The translations under genes and the position numbers were made by a program. This document shows positions 11,701 through 26,700 of a stretch of DNA of 64,000 nucleotides, piece by piece. The stretch's first letter is position 1; each line of letters starts with the position of its first letter. The stretch is from Euglena gracilis (taxonomy: Eukaryota): positions 10,497,521 to 10,561,520 of the forward strand of contig CP154954.1 of assembly GCA_039621445.1 (NCBI GenBank), read 5' to 3'. The notes beneath the pieces were generated by a model. That model was given only the letters and a program-made list of their open reading frames with translations, searched no databases and was not told the origin of the DNA.

Positions 11701-14700
11701 GGGCAACAAAAGGGATTTGCCCCCCAAAACAGGTGGGTAACACAAGGGATTTTGTTATTTTGGGGCCCTCAAACAGTTGGGCAACAAAAGGGATATGCCC
11801 CCCAAATCAGTTGGGTTGCACAAGGGATTTGCCCCCCAAAACGGGTGGGTAACACAAGGGATTTTGTTATTTAGGGGCCCTCGAACAGCTGGGCAACAAA
11901 AGGGATTTGCCCCCAGATGAGTTGGGTTACACAAGGGATTTGCCCCCCAAAACGGGTGTGTAACACAAGGGATTTTGTTATTTTGGGGCCCTCGAACAGT
12001 TGGGCAACAAAAGGGATTTGCCCCACAAAACGGGTGGGTAACACAAGGGATTTTGTTATTTTGGGGCCCTCGAACAGTTGGGCAACAAAAGGGATTTGCC
12101 CCCCAAAACGGGTGGGTAACACAAGGGAGTTTGTTATTTTGGGGTCCTCTAACAGTTGGGCAACAAAAGGGATTTGCCCCCCCAAAACGGGTGGGTAACA
12201 GAAAGGATTTTGTTATTTTGGGGCCCTCGAACAGTTGGGCAACAAAAGGGATTTGCCCCCCAAAACGGGTGGGTAACACAAGGGATTTGTCCCCCAAAAT
12301 GGGTGGGTAACACAAGATTTTGTTATTTAGGGGACCTCGAACAGTTGGGCAACAAAAGGGATTTGGACCCCAGATCAGTTGGGTTACACAAGGGATTTGC
12401 CCCACAAAACGGGTGGGTAACACAAGGGATTTTGTTATTTTGGGGCCCTCGAACAGTTGGGCAACAAAAGGGATTTGCCCCCCAAAACGGGTGGGTAACA
12501 CAAGGGATTTTGTTATTTTGGGGCCCTCTAACAGTTGGGCAACAAAAGGGATTTGCCCCCCAAAACAGGTGGGTAACACAAGGGATTTTGTTATTTTGGG
12601 GCCCTCGAACAGTTGGGCAACAAAAGGGATTTACCCCCCAAAACGGGTGGGTAACACAAGGGATTTTGTTATTTTGGGGCCCTCGAACAGTTGGGCAACA
12701 AAAGGGATTTGCCCCCCCAAAACGGGTGGGTAACAGAAGGGATTTTGTTATTTTGGGGCCCTCGAACAGTAGGGCAACAAAAGGGATTTGCCCCCCAAAA
12801 CGGGTGGGTAACACAAGGGATTTTGTTATTTTGGGGCCCTCGAACATTTGGGCAACAAAAGGGATTTGCCCCCCAAATCAGTTGGGTTACACAAGGGATT
12901 TTGTTATTTTGGGGCCCTCGAACAGTTGGGCAACAAAAGGGATTTGCACCCCAGATCAGTTGGGTTACACAAGGGATTTGCCCCGCAAAATGGGTGGGTA
13001 ACACAAGGGATTTTGTTATTTTGGGGCCCTCGAACAGTTGGGCAACAAAAGGGATTTGCCCCACAAAACGGGTGGGTAACACAAGGGATTTTGTTATTTA
13101 GGGGCCCTCGAACAGTTGGGCAACAAAAGGGATTTGCCCCCCAAAACAGATGGGTAACACAAGGGATTTTGTTATTTTGGGGCCCTCGAACAGTTGGGCA
13201 ACAAAAGGGATTTGCCCCGCAAAACGGGTGGGTAACACAAGGGATTGTGTTATTTTGGGGCCCTCGAACAGTTGGGCAACAAAAGGGATTTGCCCCCCAA
13301 AACGGTGTGGGTAACACAAGGGATTTTGTTATTTTGGGGCCCTCGAACAGTTGGGCAACAAAAGGGATTTGCCCCCAAAACGGGTGGGTAACACAAGGGA
13401 TTTTGTTATTTTGGGGTCCTCGAACAGTTGGGCAACAAAAGGGATTTGCCCCCCAAAACAGGTGGGTAACACAAGGGATTTTGTTATTTAGGGGCCCTCG
13501 AACAGTTGGGCAACAAAAGGGATTTGCCCCCCAAATCAGTTGGGTTACACAAGGGATTTTGTTATTTTGTGGCCTTCGAACAGTTGGGCAACAAAAGGGA
13601 TTTGCACCCCAGATCAATTGGGTTACACAAGGGATTTGCCCCGCAAAATGGGTGGGTAACACAAGGGATTTTGTTATTTTGGGGCCCTCGAACAGTTGGG
13701 CAACAAAAGGGATTTGCCCCACAAAACGGGTGGGTAACACAAGGGATTTTGTTATTTAGGGGCCCTCGAATAGTTGGGCAACAAAAGGGATTCGCCCCCC
13801 AAATCAGTTGGGTTACACAAGGGATTTTGTTATTTTGGGGCCCTCGAACAGTTGGGCAACAAAAGGGATTTGCCCCCCAAAACGGGTGGGTAACACAAGG
13901 GATTGTGTTATTTTGGGGCCCTCGAACAGTTGGGCAACAAAAGGGATTTGCACCCCAAATCAGTTGGGTTACACAAGGGATTTTGTTATTTTGGGGCCTT
14001 CGAACAGTTGGGCAACAAAAGGGATTTGCACCCCAGATCAATTGGGTTACACAAGGGATTTGCCCCGCAAAATGGGTGGGTAACACAAGGGATTTTGTTA
14101 TTTTGGGGCCCTCGAACAGTTGGGCAACAAAAGGGATTTGCCCCACAAAACGGGTGGGTAACACAAGGGATTTTGTTATTTAGGGGCCCTCGAATAGTTG
14201 GGCAACAAAAGGGATTCGCCCCCCAAATCAGTTGGGTTACACAAGGGATTTGTCCCCCAAAATGGGTGGGTAACACAAGAGATTTTGTTATTTAGGGGAC
14301 CTCGAAGAGTTGGGCAACAAAAGGGATTTGGACCCCAGATCAGTTGGGTTACACAAGGGATTTGCCCCCCAAAACGGGTGGGTAACACAAGGGATTTTGT
14401 TATTTTGGGGCCCTCGAACAGTTGGGCAACAAAAGGGATTTGCCCCCCAAAACGGGTGGGTAACACAAGGGATTTTGTTATTTTGGGGCCCTCGAACATT
14501 TGGGCAACAAAAGGGATTTGCCCCCCAAATCAGTTGGGTTACACAAGGGATTTGTCCCCCAAAATGGGTGGGTAACACAAGAGATTTTGTTATTTTGGGG
14601 CCCTCGAATAGTTGGGCAACAAAAGGGATTTGCCCCCCAAAACGGGTGGGTAACACAAGGGATTTTGTTATTTTGGGGCCCTCTAACAGTTGGGCAACAA

Positions 14701-17700
14701 AAGGGATTTGCCCCCCAAAACGGGTGGGTAACACAAGGGATTTTGTTATTTTGGGGCCCTCGAACAGTTGGGCAACAAAAGGGATTTGCCCCCAAAACGG
14801 GTGGGTAACACAAGGGATTTTGTTATTTTGGGGCCCTCGAACAGTTGGGCAACAAAAGGGATTTGCCCCCCAAAACAGGTGGGTAACACAAGGGATTTTG
14901 TTATTTTGGGGCCCTCGAACAGTTGGGCAACAAACGGGATTTCCCGCCAAATCAGTTGGTTTGCACAAGGGATTTGCCCCCCAAAACGGGTGGGTAACAC
15001 AAGGGATTGTGTTATTTTGGGGCCCTCGAACAGTTGGGCAACAAAAGGGATTTGCCCCCCAAATCAGTTGGGTTACACAAGGGATTTTGTTATTTTGGGG
15101 CCTTCGAACAGTTGGGCAACAAAAGGGATTTGCACCCCAGATCAATTGGGTTACACAAGGGATTTGCCCCGCAAAATGGGTGGGTAACACAAGGGATTTT
15201 GTTATTTTGGGGCCCTCGAACAGTTGGGCAACAAAAGGGATTTGCCCCCCAAAACGGGTGGGTAACACAAGGGATTTTGTTATTTAGGGGCCCTCGAATA
15301 GTTGGGCAACAAAAGGGATTTGCCCCCCAAATCAGTTGGGTTACACAAGGGATTTGTCCCCCAAAATGGGTGGGTAACACAAGGGATTTTGTTATTTTGG
15401 GGCCTTCGAACAGTTGGGCAACAAAAGGGATTTGGACCCCAGATCAGTTGGGTTACACAAGGGATTTGCCCCCCAAAACGGGTGGGTAACACAAGGGATT
15501 TTGTTATTTTGGGGCCCTCGAACAGTTGGGCAACAAAAGGGATTTGCCCCCCAAAACGGGTGGGTAACACAAGGGATTTTGTTATTTTGGGGCCCTCGAA
15601 CATTTGGGCAACAAAAGGGATTTGCCCCCCAAATCAGTTGGGTTACACAAGGGATTTGTCCCCCAAAATGGGTGGGTAACACAAGAGATTTTGTTATTTA
15701 GGGGACCTCGAACAGTTGGGCAACAAAAGGGATTTGCCCCCCAAAACGGGTGGGTAACACAAGGGATTTTGTTATTTTGGGGCCCTCTAACAGTTGGGCA
15801 ACAAAAGGGATTTGCCCCCCAAAACGGGTGGGTAACACAAGGGATTTTGTTATTTTGGGGCCCTCGAACAGTTGGGCAACAAAAGGGATTTGCCCCCCAA
15901 ATCAGTTGGGTTACACAAGGGATTTTGTTATTTTGGGGCCTTCGAACAGTTGGGCAACAAAAGGGATTTGCACCCCAGATCAATTGGGTTACACAAGGGA
16001 TTTGCCCCGCAAAATGGGTGGGTAACACAAGGGATTTTGTTATTTTGGGGCCCTCGAACAGTTGGGCAACAAAAGGGATTTGCCCCACAAAACGGGTGGG
16101 TAACACAAGGGATTTTGTTATTTTGGGGACCTCGAAGAGTTGGGCAACAAAAGGGATTTGGACCCCAGATCAGTTGGGTTACACAAGGGATTTGCCCCCC
16201 AAAACGGGTGGGTAACACAGGGGATTTTGTTATTTTGGGGCCCTCGAACAGTTGGGCAACAAAAGGGATTTGCCCCCAAAACGGGTGGGTAACACAAGGG
16301 ATTTTGTTATTTTGGGGCCCTCGAACAGTTGGGCAACAAAAGGGATTTGCCCCCCAAATCAGTTGGGTTACACAAGGGATTTGTCCCCCAAAATGGGTGG
16401 GTAACACAAGAGATTTTGTTATTTTGGGGCCCTCGAATAGTTGGGCAACAAAAGGGATTTGCCCCCCAAAACGGGTGGGTAACACAAGGGATTTTGTTAT
16501 TTTGGGGCCCTCTAACAGTTGGGCAACAAAAGGGATTTGCCCCCCAAAACGGGTGGGTAACACAAGGGATTTTGTTATTTTGGGGCCCTCGAACAGTTGG
16601 GCAACAAAAGGGATTTGCCCCCCAAAACGGGTGGGTAACACAAGGGATTTTGTTATTTTGGGGCCTCGAACAGTTGGGCAACAAAAGGGATTAGCCCCCC
16701 AAAAGAGGTGGGTAACACAAGAGATTTTGTTTTTTTGGGGCCCCCGAACAGTTGGGTAATTTATGGGTTTTGCCCGCCAAATCAGTTGGTTTACAAAAGG
16801 GATTTGCCCCCCAAAACGGGTGGGTAACACAAGGGATTTTGTTATTTTGGGGCCCTCGAACAGTTGGGCAACAAAAGGGATTTGCCCCCCAAATCAGTTG
16901 GGTTACACAAGGGATTTTGTTATTTTGGGGCCCTCGAACAGTTGGGCAACAAAAGGGATTTGCCCGCCAAATCAGTTGGATTACACAAGGGATTTGCCCC
17001 CAAAACGGGTGGGTAACACAAGGGATTTTGTTATTTTGGGGCCCTCGAACAGTTGGGCAACAAAAGGGATTTGCGCACCAAAACGGGGGGGTAACACAAG
17101 GGATTTTGTTATTTAGGGGCCCTCGAATAGTTGGGCAACAAAAGGGATTTGCCCCCCAAATCAGTTGGGTTACACAAGGGATTTGTCCCCCAAAATGGGT
17201 GGGTAACACAAGGGATTTTGTTATTTTGGGGCCCTCGAACAGTTGGGCAACAAAAGGGATTTGCCCCCCAGATCAGTTGGGTTACAGAAGGGATTTGCCC
17301 CAAAACGGGTGTGGGTAACACAAGGGATTTTGTTATTTTGGGGCCCTCGAACAGTTGGGCAACAAAAGGGATTTGCCCCCCAAAACGGGTGGGTAACACA
17401 AGGGATTTTGTTATTTTGGGGCCCTCGAACATTTGGGCAACAAAAGGGATTTGCCCCCCAAATCAGTTGGGTTACACAAGGGATTTGCCCCCAAAACGGG
17501 TGGGTAACACAAGGGATTTTGTTATTTAGGGGACCCTCGAACAGTTAAGCAACAAAAGGCATTTGCCCCCCAAAACGGGTGGGTAACACAAGGGATTTTG
17601 TTATTTTGGGGCCCTCGAACAGTTGGGCAACAAAAGGGATTTGCCCCCCAAAACGGGTGGGTAACACAAGGGATTTTGTTATTTTGGGGCCCTCGAACAG

Positions 17701-20700
17701 TTGGGCAACAAAAGGGATTTGCCCCCCAAAACGGGTGGGTAACACAAGGGATTTTGTTATTTTGGGGCCCTCGAACAGTTGGGCAACAAAAGGGATTTGC
17801 CCCCCAAAACAGGTGGGTAACACAAGGGATTTTGTTATTTTGGGGCCCTCGAACAGTTGGGCAACAAAAGGGATTTGCCCGCCAAATCAGTTGGTTTGCA
17901 CAAGGGATTTGCCCCCCAAAACGGGTGGGTAACACAAGGGATTGTGTTATTTTGAGGCCCTCGAACAGTTGGGCAACAAAAGGGATTTGCCCCCCAAAAC
18001 AGGTGGGTAACACAAGGGATTTTGTTATTTTGGGGCCTTCGAACAGTTGGGCAACAAAAGGGATTTGCACCCCAGATCAATTGGGTTACACAAGGGATTT
18101 GCCCCGCAAAATGGGTGGGTAACACAAGGGATTTTGTTATTTTGGGGCCCTCGAACAGTTGGGCAACAAAAGGGATTTGCCCCCCAAAACGGGTGGGTAA
18201 CACAAGGGATTTTGTTATTTTGGGGCCCTCGAACAGTTGGGCAACAAAAGGGATTTGCCCCCCAAATCAGTTGGGTTACACAAGGGATTTGTCCCCCAAA
18301 ATGGGAGGGGAACACAAGGGATTTGGGTTATTTTGGGGCCCCAGAACAGTTGGGCACAAAGGGATTTGCCCCCCAAAACGGGTGGGTAACACAAGGGATT
18401 TTGTTATTTTGGGGCCCTCGAACAGTTGGGCAACAAAAGGGATTTGCCCCCCAAATCAGTTGGGTTACACAAGGGATTTGTCCCCCAAAATGGGTGGGTA
18501 ACACAAGAGATTTTGTTATTTAGGGGACCTCGAACAGTTGGGCAACAAAAGGGATTTGCCCCCCAAAACGGGTGGGTAACACAAGGGATTTTGTTATTTT
18601 GGGGCCCTCGAACAGTTGGGCAACAAAAGGGATTTGCCCCCCAAATCAGTTGGGTTACACAAGGGATTTGTCCCCCAAAATGGGTGGGTAACACAAGAGA
18701 TTTTGTTATTTTGGGGTACTCGTACAGTTGGGCACCAAAAGGGATTTGCCCCCCAAAACGGTGGGTAACACAAGGGATTTTGTTATTTTGGGGCCCTCGA
18801 ACAGTTGGGCAACAAAAGGGATTTGCCCCCAAAACGGGTGGGTAACACAAGGGATTTTGTTATTTTGGGGCCCTCGAACAGTTGGGCAACAAAAGGGATT
18901 TGCCCCCCAAAACAGGTGGGTAACACAAGGGATTTTGTTATTTTGGGGCCCTCGAACAGTTGGGCAACAAAAGGGATTTGCCCGCCAAATCAGTTGGTTT
19001 GCACAAGGGATTTGCCCCCCAAAACGGGTGGGTAACACAAGGGATTTTGTTATTTTGGGGCCCTCGAACAGTTGGGCAACAAAAGGGATTTGCCCCCCAA
19101 ATCGGGTGGGTTACACAAGGGATTTTGTTATTTTGGGGCCCTCGAACAGTTGGGCAACAAAAGGGATTTGCACCCCAGATCAATTGGGTTACACAAGGGA
19201 TTTGCCCCGCAAAATGGGTGGGTAACACAAGGGATTTTGTTATTTTGGGGCCCTCGAACAGTTGGGCAACAAAAGGGATTTGCCCCACAAAACGGGTGGG
19301 TAACACAAGGGATTTTGTTATTTAGGGGCCCTCGAATAGTTGGGCAACAAAAGGGATTTGCCCCCCAAATCAGTTGGGTTACACAAGGGATTTGTCCCCC
19401 AAAATGGGTGGGTAACACAAGAGATTTTGTTATTTAGGGGACCTCGAAGAGTTGGGCAACAAAAGGGATTTGGACCCCAGATCAGTTGGGTTACACAAGG
19501 GATTTGCCCCCCAAAACGGGTGGGTAACACAAGGGATTTTGTTATTTTGGGGCCCTCGAACAGTTGGGCAACAAAAGGGATTTGCCCCCCAAATCAGTTG
19601 GGTTACACAAGGGATTTTGTTATTTTGGGGCCTTCGAACAGTTGGGCAACAAAAGGGATTTGCACCCCAGATCAATTGGGTTACACAAGGGATTTGCCCC
19701 GCAAAATGGGTGGGTAACACAAGGGATTTTGTTATTTTGGGGCCCTCGAACAGTTGGGCAACAAAAGGGATTTGCCCCACAAAACGGGTGGGTAACACAA
19801 GGGATTTTGTTATTTAGGGGCCCTCGAATAGTTGGGCAACAAAAGGGATTTGCCCCCCAAATCAGTTGGGTTACACAAGGGATTTGTCCCCCAAAATGGG
19901 TGGGTAACACAAGAGATTTTGTTATTTAGGGGACCTCGAAGAGTTGGGCAACAAAAGGGATTTGGACCCCAGATCAGTTGGGTTACACAAGGGATTTGCC
20001 CCCCAAAACGGGTGGGTAACACAAGGGATTTTGTTATTTTGGGGCCCTCGAACAGTTGGGCAACAAAAGGGATTTGCCCCCCAAATCAGTTGGGTTACAC
20101 AAGGGATTTGTCCCCCAAAATGGGTGGGTAACACAAGAGATTTTGTTATTTAGGGGACCTCGAACAGTTGGGCAACAAAAGGGATTTGCCCCCCAAAACG
20201 GGTGGGTAACACAAGGGATTTTGTTATTTTGGGGCCCTCGAACAGTTGGGCAACAAAAGGGATTTGCCCCCAAAACGGGTGGGTAACACAAGGGATTTTG
20301 TTATTTTGGGGTCCTCGAACAGTTGGGCAACAAAAGGGATTTGCCCCCCAAAACAGGTGGGTAACACAAGGGATTTTGTTATTTTGGGGCCCTCGAACAG
20401 TTGGGCAACAAACGGGATTTGCCCGCCAAATCAGTTGGTTTGCACAAGGGATTTGCCCCCCAAAACGGGTGGGTAACACAAGGGATTGTGTTATTTTGGG
20501 GCCCTCGAACAGTTGGGCAACAAAAGGGATTTGCCCCCCAAATCAGTTGGGTTACACAAGGGATTTTGTTATTTTGGGGCCTTCGAACAGTTGGGCAACA
20601 AAAGGGATTTGCACCCCAGATCAATTGGGTTACACAAGGGATTTGCCCCGCAAAATGGGTGGGTAACACAAGGGATTTTGTTATTTTGGGGCCCTCGAAC

Positions 20701-23700
20701 AGTTGGGCAACAAAAGGGATTTGCCCCACAAAACGGGTGGGTAACACAAGGGATTTTGTTATTTAGGGGCCCTCGAATAGTTGGGCAACAAAAGGGATTT
20801 GCCCCCCAAATCAGTTGGGTTACACAAGGGATTTGTCCCCCAAAATGGGTGGGTAACACAAGAGATTTTGTTATTTAGGGGACCTCGAAGAGTTGGGCAA
20901 CAAAAGGGATTTGGACCCCAGATCAGTTGGGTTACACAAGGGATTTGCCCCCCAAAACGGGTGGGTAACACAAGGGATTTTGTTATTTTGGGGCCTTCGA
21001 ACAGTTGGGCAACAAAAGGGATTTGCCCCCCAAATCAGTTGGGTTACACAAGGGATTTGTCCCCCAAAATGGGTGGGTAACACAAGAGATTTTGTTATTT
21101 AGGGGACCTCGAACAGTTGGGCAACAAAAGGGATTTGCCCCCCAAAACGGGTGGGTAACACAAGGGATTTTGTTATTTTGGGGCCCTCTAACAGTTGGGC
21201 AACAAAAGGGATTTGCCCCCCAAAACGGGTGGGTAACACAAGGGATTTTGTTATTTTGGGGCCCTCGAACAGTTGGGCAACAAAAGGGATTTGCCCCCAA
21301 AACGGGTGGGTAACACAAGGGATTTTGTTATTTTGGGGTCCTCGAACAGTTGGGCAACAAAAGGGATTTGCCCCCCAAAACAGGTGGGTAACACAAGGGA
21401 TTTTGTTATTTTGGGGCCCTCGAACAGTTGGGCAACAAACGGGATTTGCCCGCCAAATCAGTTGGTTTGCACAAGGGATTTGCCCCCCAAAACGGGTGGG
21501 TAACACAAGGGATTGTGTTATTTTGGGGCCCTCGAACAGTTGGGCAACAAAAGGGATTTGCCCCCCAAATCAGTTGGGTTACACAAGGGATTTTGTTATT
21601 TTGGGGCCTTCGAACAGTTGGGCAACAAAAGGGATTTGCACCCCAGATCAATTGGGTTACACAAGGGATTTGCCCCGCAAAATGGGTGGGTAACACAAGG
21701 GATTTTGTTATTTTGGGGCCCTCGAACAGTTGGGCAACAAAAGGGATTTGCCCCACAAAACGGGTGGGTAACACAAGGGATTTTGTTATTTAGGGGCCCT
21801 CGAATAGTTGGGCAACAAAAGGGATTTGCCCCCCAAATCAGTTGGGTTACACAAGGGATTTGTCCCCCAAAATGGGTGGGTAACACAAGAGATTTTGTTA
21901 TTTAGGGGACCTCGAAGAGTTGGGCAACAAAAGGGATTTGGACCCCAGATCAGTTGGGTTACACAAGGGATTTGCCCCCCAAAACGGGTGGGTAACACAA
22001 GGGATTTTGTTATTTTGGGGCCCTCGAACAGTTGGGCAACAAAAGGGATTTGCCCCCCAAAACGGGTGGGTAACACAAGGGATTTTGTTATTTTGGGGCC
22101 CTCGAACATTTGGGCAACAAAAGGGATTTGCCCCCCAAATCAGTTGGGTTACACAAGGGATTTGTCCCCCAAAATGGGTGGGTAACACAAGAGATTTTGT
22201 TATTTAGGGGACCTCGAACAGTTGGGCAACAAAAGGGATTTGCCCCCCAAAACGGGTGGGTAACACAAGGGATTTTGTTATTTTGGGGCCCTCTGACAGT
22301 TGGGCAACAAAAGGGATTTGCCCCCCAAAACGGGTGGGTAACACAAGGGATTTTGTTATTTTGGGGCCCTCGAACAGTTGGGCAACAAAAGCGATTTGCC
22401 CCCCAAAACGGGTGGGTAACACAAGGGATTTTGTTATTTTGGGGCCCTCGAACAGTTGGGCAACAAAAGGGATTTGCCCCCCCAAAACGGGTGGGTAACA
22501 GAAGGGATTTTGTTATTTTGGGGCCCTCGAACAGTAGGGCAACAAAAGGGATTTGCCCCCCAAAACGGGTGGGTAACACAAGGGATTTTGTTATTTTGGG
22601 GCCCTCGAACATTTGGGCAACAAAAGGGATTTGCCCCCCAAATCAGTTGGGTTACACAAGGGATTTTGTTATTTTGGGGCCCTCGAACAGTTGGGCAACA
22701 AAAGGGATTTGCACCCCAGATCAGTTGGGTTACACAAGGGATTTGCCCCACAAAATGGGTGGGTAACACAAGGGATTTTGTTATTTTGGGGCCCTCGAAC
22801 AGTTGGGCAACAAAAGGGATTTGCCCCCCAAAACGGGTGGGTAACACAAGGGATTTTGTTATTTTGGGGCCCTCGAACAGTTGGGCAACAAAAGGGATTT
22901 GCCCCCCAAAGCAGTTGGGTTACACAAGGGATTTTGTTATTTTGGGGCCTTCGAACAGTTGGGCAACAAAAGGGATTTGCACCCCAGATCAGTTGGGTTA
23001 CACAAGGGATTTGCCCCGCAAAATGGGTGGGTAACACAAGGGATTTTGTTATTTTGGGGCCCTCGAACAGTTGGGCAACAAAAGGGATTTGCCCCACAAA
23101 ACGGGTGGGTAACACAAGGGATTTTGTTATTTAGGGGCCCTCGAATAGTTGGGCAACAAAAGGGATTTGCCCCCCAAAACGGATGGGTAACACAAGGGAT
23201 TTTGTTATTTTGGGGCCCTCGAACAGTTGGGCAACAAAAGGGATTTGCCCCGCAAAACGGGTGGGTAACACAAGGGATTTTGTTATTTTGGGGCCCTCGA
23301 ACAGTTGGGCAACAAAAGGGATTTGCCCCCCAAAACAGCTGGGTAACACAAGGGATTTTGTTCTTTTGGGGCCCTCGAACAGTTGGGCAACAAAAGGGAT
23401 TTGCCCCCCAAAACAGGTGGGTAACACAAGGGATTTTGTTATTTTGGGGCCCTCGAACAGTTGGGCAACAAAAGGGATTTGCCCGCCAAATCAGTTGGTT
23501 TACACAAGGGATTTGCCCCCCAAAACGGGTGGGTAACACAAGGGATTGTGTTATTTTGGGGCCCTAGAAAAGAAGGGCAACAAAAGGGATTTGCCCCCCA
23601 AAACGGTGTGGGTAACACAAGGGATTTTGTTATTTTGGGGTCCTCGAACAGTTGGGCAACAAAAGGGATTTGCCACCCCAAAACGGGTGGGTAACAGAAG

Positions 23701-26700
23701 GGATTTTGTTATTTTGGGGCCCTCGAACAGTTGGGCAACAAAAGGGATTTGCCCCCCAAAACGGGTGGGTAACACAAGGGATTTTGTTATTTTGGGGCCC
23801 TCGAACAGTTGGGCAACAAAAGGGATTTGCCCCCCAAATCAGTTGGGTTACACAAGGGATTTTGTTATTTTGGGGCCCTCGAACAGTTGGGCAACAAAAG
23901 GGATTTGCACCCCAGATCAGTTGGGTTACACAAGGGATTTGCCCCGCAAAATGGGTGGGTAACACAAGGGATTTTGATATTTTGGGGCCCTCGAACAGTT
24001 GGGCAACAAAAGGGATTTGCCCCGCAAAACGGGTGGGTAACACAAGGGATTGTGTTATTTTGGGGCCCTCGAACAGTTGGGCAACAAAAGGGATTTGCCC
24101 CGCAAAACGGGTGGGTAACACAAGGGATTTTGTTATTTTGGGGCCCTCGAACAGTTGGGCAACAAAAGGGATTTGCCCCCCAAAACAGGTGGGTAACACA
24201 AGGGATTTTGTTCTTTTGGGGCCCTCGAACAGTTGGGCAACAAAAGGGATTTGCCCGCCAAATCAGTTGGTTTACACAAGGGATTTGCCCCCCAAAACGG
24301 GTGGGTAACACAAGGGATTGTGTTATTTTGGGGCCCTAGAAAAGAAGTCAAACAAAAGGGATTTGCCCCGCAAAACGGTGTGGTAACACAAGGGATTTTG
24401 TTATTTTGGGGCCCTCGAACAGTTGGGCAACAAAAGGGATTTGCCCCCAAAACGGGTGGGTAACACAAGGGATTTTGTTATTTTGGGGCCCTCGAACAGT
24501 TGGGCAACAAAAGGGATTTGCCCCCCAAAACGGATGGGTAACACAAGGGATTTTGTTATTTTGGGGCCCTCGAACAGTTGGGCAACAAAAGGGATTTGCC
24601 CCACAAAACGGGTGGGTAACACAAGGGATTTTGTTATTTTGGGGCCCTCGAACAGTTGGGCAACAAAAGGGATTTGCCCCCCAAAACAGGTGGGTAACAC
24701 AAGGGATTTTGTTCTTTTGGGGCCCTCGAACAGTTGGGCAACAAAAGGGATTTGCCCCGCAAAACGGGTGGGTAACACAAGGGATTTTGTTATTTTGGGG
24801 CCCTCGAACAGTTGGGCAACAAAAGGGATTTGCCCCCCAAAACAGGTGGGTAACACAAGGGATTTTGTTCTTTTGGGGCCCTCGAACAGTTGGGCAACAA
24901 AAGGGATTTGCCCGCCAAATCAGTTGGTTTACACAAGGGATTTGCCCCCCAAAACGGGTGGGTAACACAAGGGATTGTGTTATTTTGGGGCCCTAGAAAA
25001 GAAGGGCAACAAAAGGGATTTGCCCCCCAAAACGGTGTGGGTAACACAAGGGATTTTGTTATTTTGGGGCCCTCGAACAGTTGGGCAACAAAAGGGATTT
25101 GCCCCCAAAACGGGTGGGTAACACAAGGGATTTTGTTATTTTGGGGCCCTCGAACAGTTGGGCAACAAAAGGGATTTGCCCCCCAAAACGGATGGGTAAC
25201 ACAAGGGATTTTGTTATTTTGGGGCCCTCGAACAGTTGGGCAACAAAAGGGATTTGCCCCACAAAACGGGTGGGTAACACAAGGGATTTTGTTATTTTGG
25301 GGCCCTCGAACAGTTGGGCAACAAAAGGGATTTGCCCCCCAAAACAGGTGGGTAACACAAGGGATTTTGTTCTTTTGGGGCCCTCGAACAGTTGGGCAAC
25401 AAAAGGGATTTGCCCCGCAAAACGGGTGGGTAACACAAGGGATTTTGTTATTTTGGGGCCCTCGAACAGTTGGGCAACAAAAGGGATTTGCCCCCCAAAA
25501 CAGGTGGGTAACACAAGGGATTTTGTTGCTTTGGGGCGAACAGTTCGGCAACAAAACGTATTTGCCCGCCAAATCAGTTGGTTAACACAAGGGATTTGCC
25601 CCCCAAAACGGGTGGGTAACACAAGGGATTGTGTTATTTTGGGGCCCTAGAAAAGAAGGGCAACAAAAGGGATTTGCCCCCCAAAACGGGTGGGTAACAC
25701 AAGGGATTTTGTCATTTTGGGGTCCTCGAACAGTTGGGCAACAAAAGGGATTTGCCCCCCAAAACGGGTGGGTAACAGAAGGGATTTTGTTATTTTGGGG
25801 CCCTCGAACAGTTGGGCAACAAAAGGGATTTGCCCCACAAAACGGGTGGGTAACACAAGGGAATTTGATATTTAGGGGCCCTCGAACAGTTGGGCAACAA
25901 AAGGGATTTGCCCCCCAAAACGGATGGGTAACACAAGGGATTTTGTTATTTTGGGGCCCTCGAACAGTTGGGCAACAAAAGGGATTTGCCCGCAAAACCG
26001 GGTGGGTAACACAAGGGATTGTGTTATTTTGGGGCCCTAGAAAAGAAGGGCAACAAAAGGGATTTGCCCCCAAAACGGGTGGGTAACACAAGGGATTTTG
26101 CTATTTTGGGGCCCTCGAACAGTTGGGCAACAAAAGGGATTTGCCGCCAAAGCGGGTGGGTAACACAAGGGATTTTGTTATTTTGGGGTCCTCGAACAGT
26201 TGGGCAACAAAAGGGATTTGCCCCCCAAAACGGGTGGGTAACACAAGGGATTTTGTTATTTTGGGGCCCTCGAACAGTTGGGCAACAAAAGGGATTTGCC
26301 CCACAAAACGGGTGGGTAACACAAGGGATTTTGTTATTTAGGGGCCCTCGAACAGTTGGGCAACAAAAGGGATTTGCCCCCAAAACGGTGGGTAACACAA
26401 GGGATTTTGTTATTTTGGGGCCCTCGAACAGTTGGGCAACAAAAGGGATTTGCCCCTCAAAACGGGTGGGTAACACAAGGGATTTTGTTATTTTGGGGCC
26501 CTCGAACAGTTGGGCAACAAAAGGGATTTGCCCCCCAAAACAGGTGGGTAACACAAGGGATTTTGTTATTTTGGGGCCCTCGAACAGTTGGGCAACAAAA
26601 GGGATTTGCCCGCCAAATCAGTTGGTTTACACAAGGGATTTGCCCCCCAAAACGGGTGGGTAACACAAGGGATTGTGTTATTTTGGGGCCCTAGAACAGA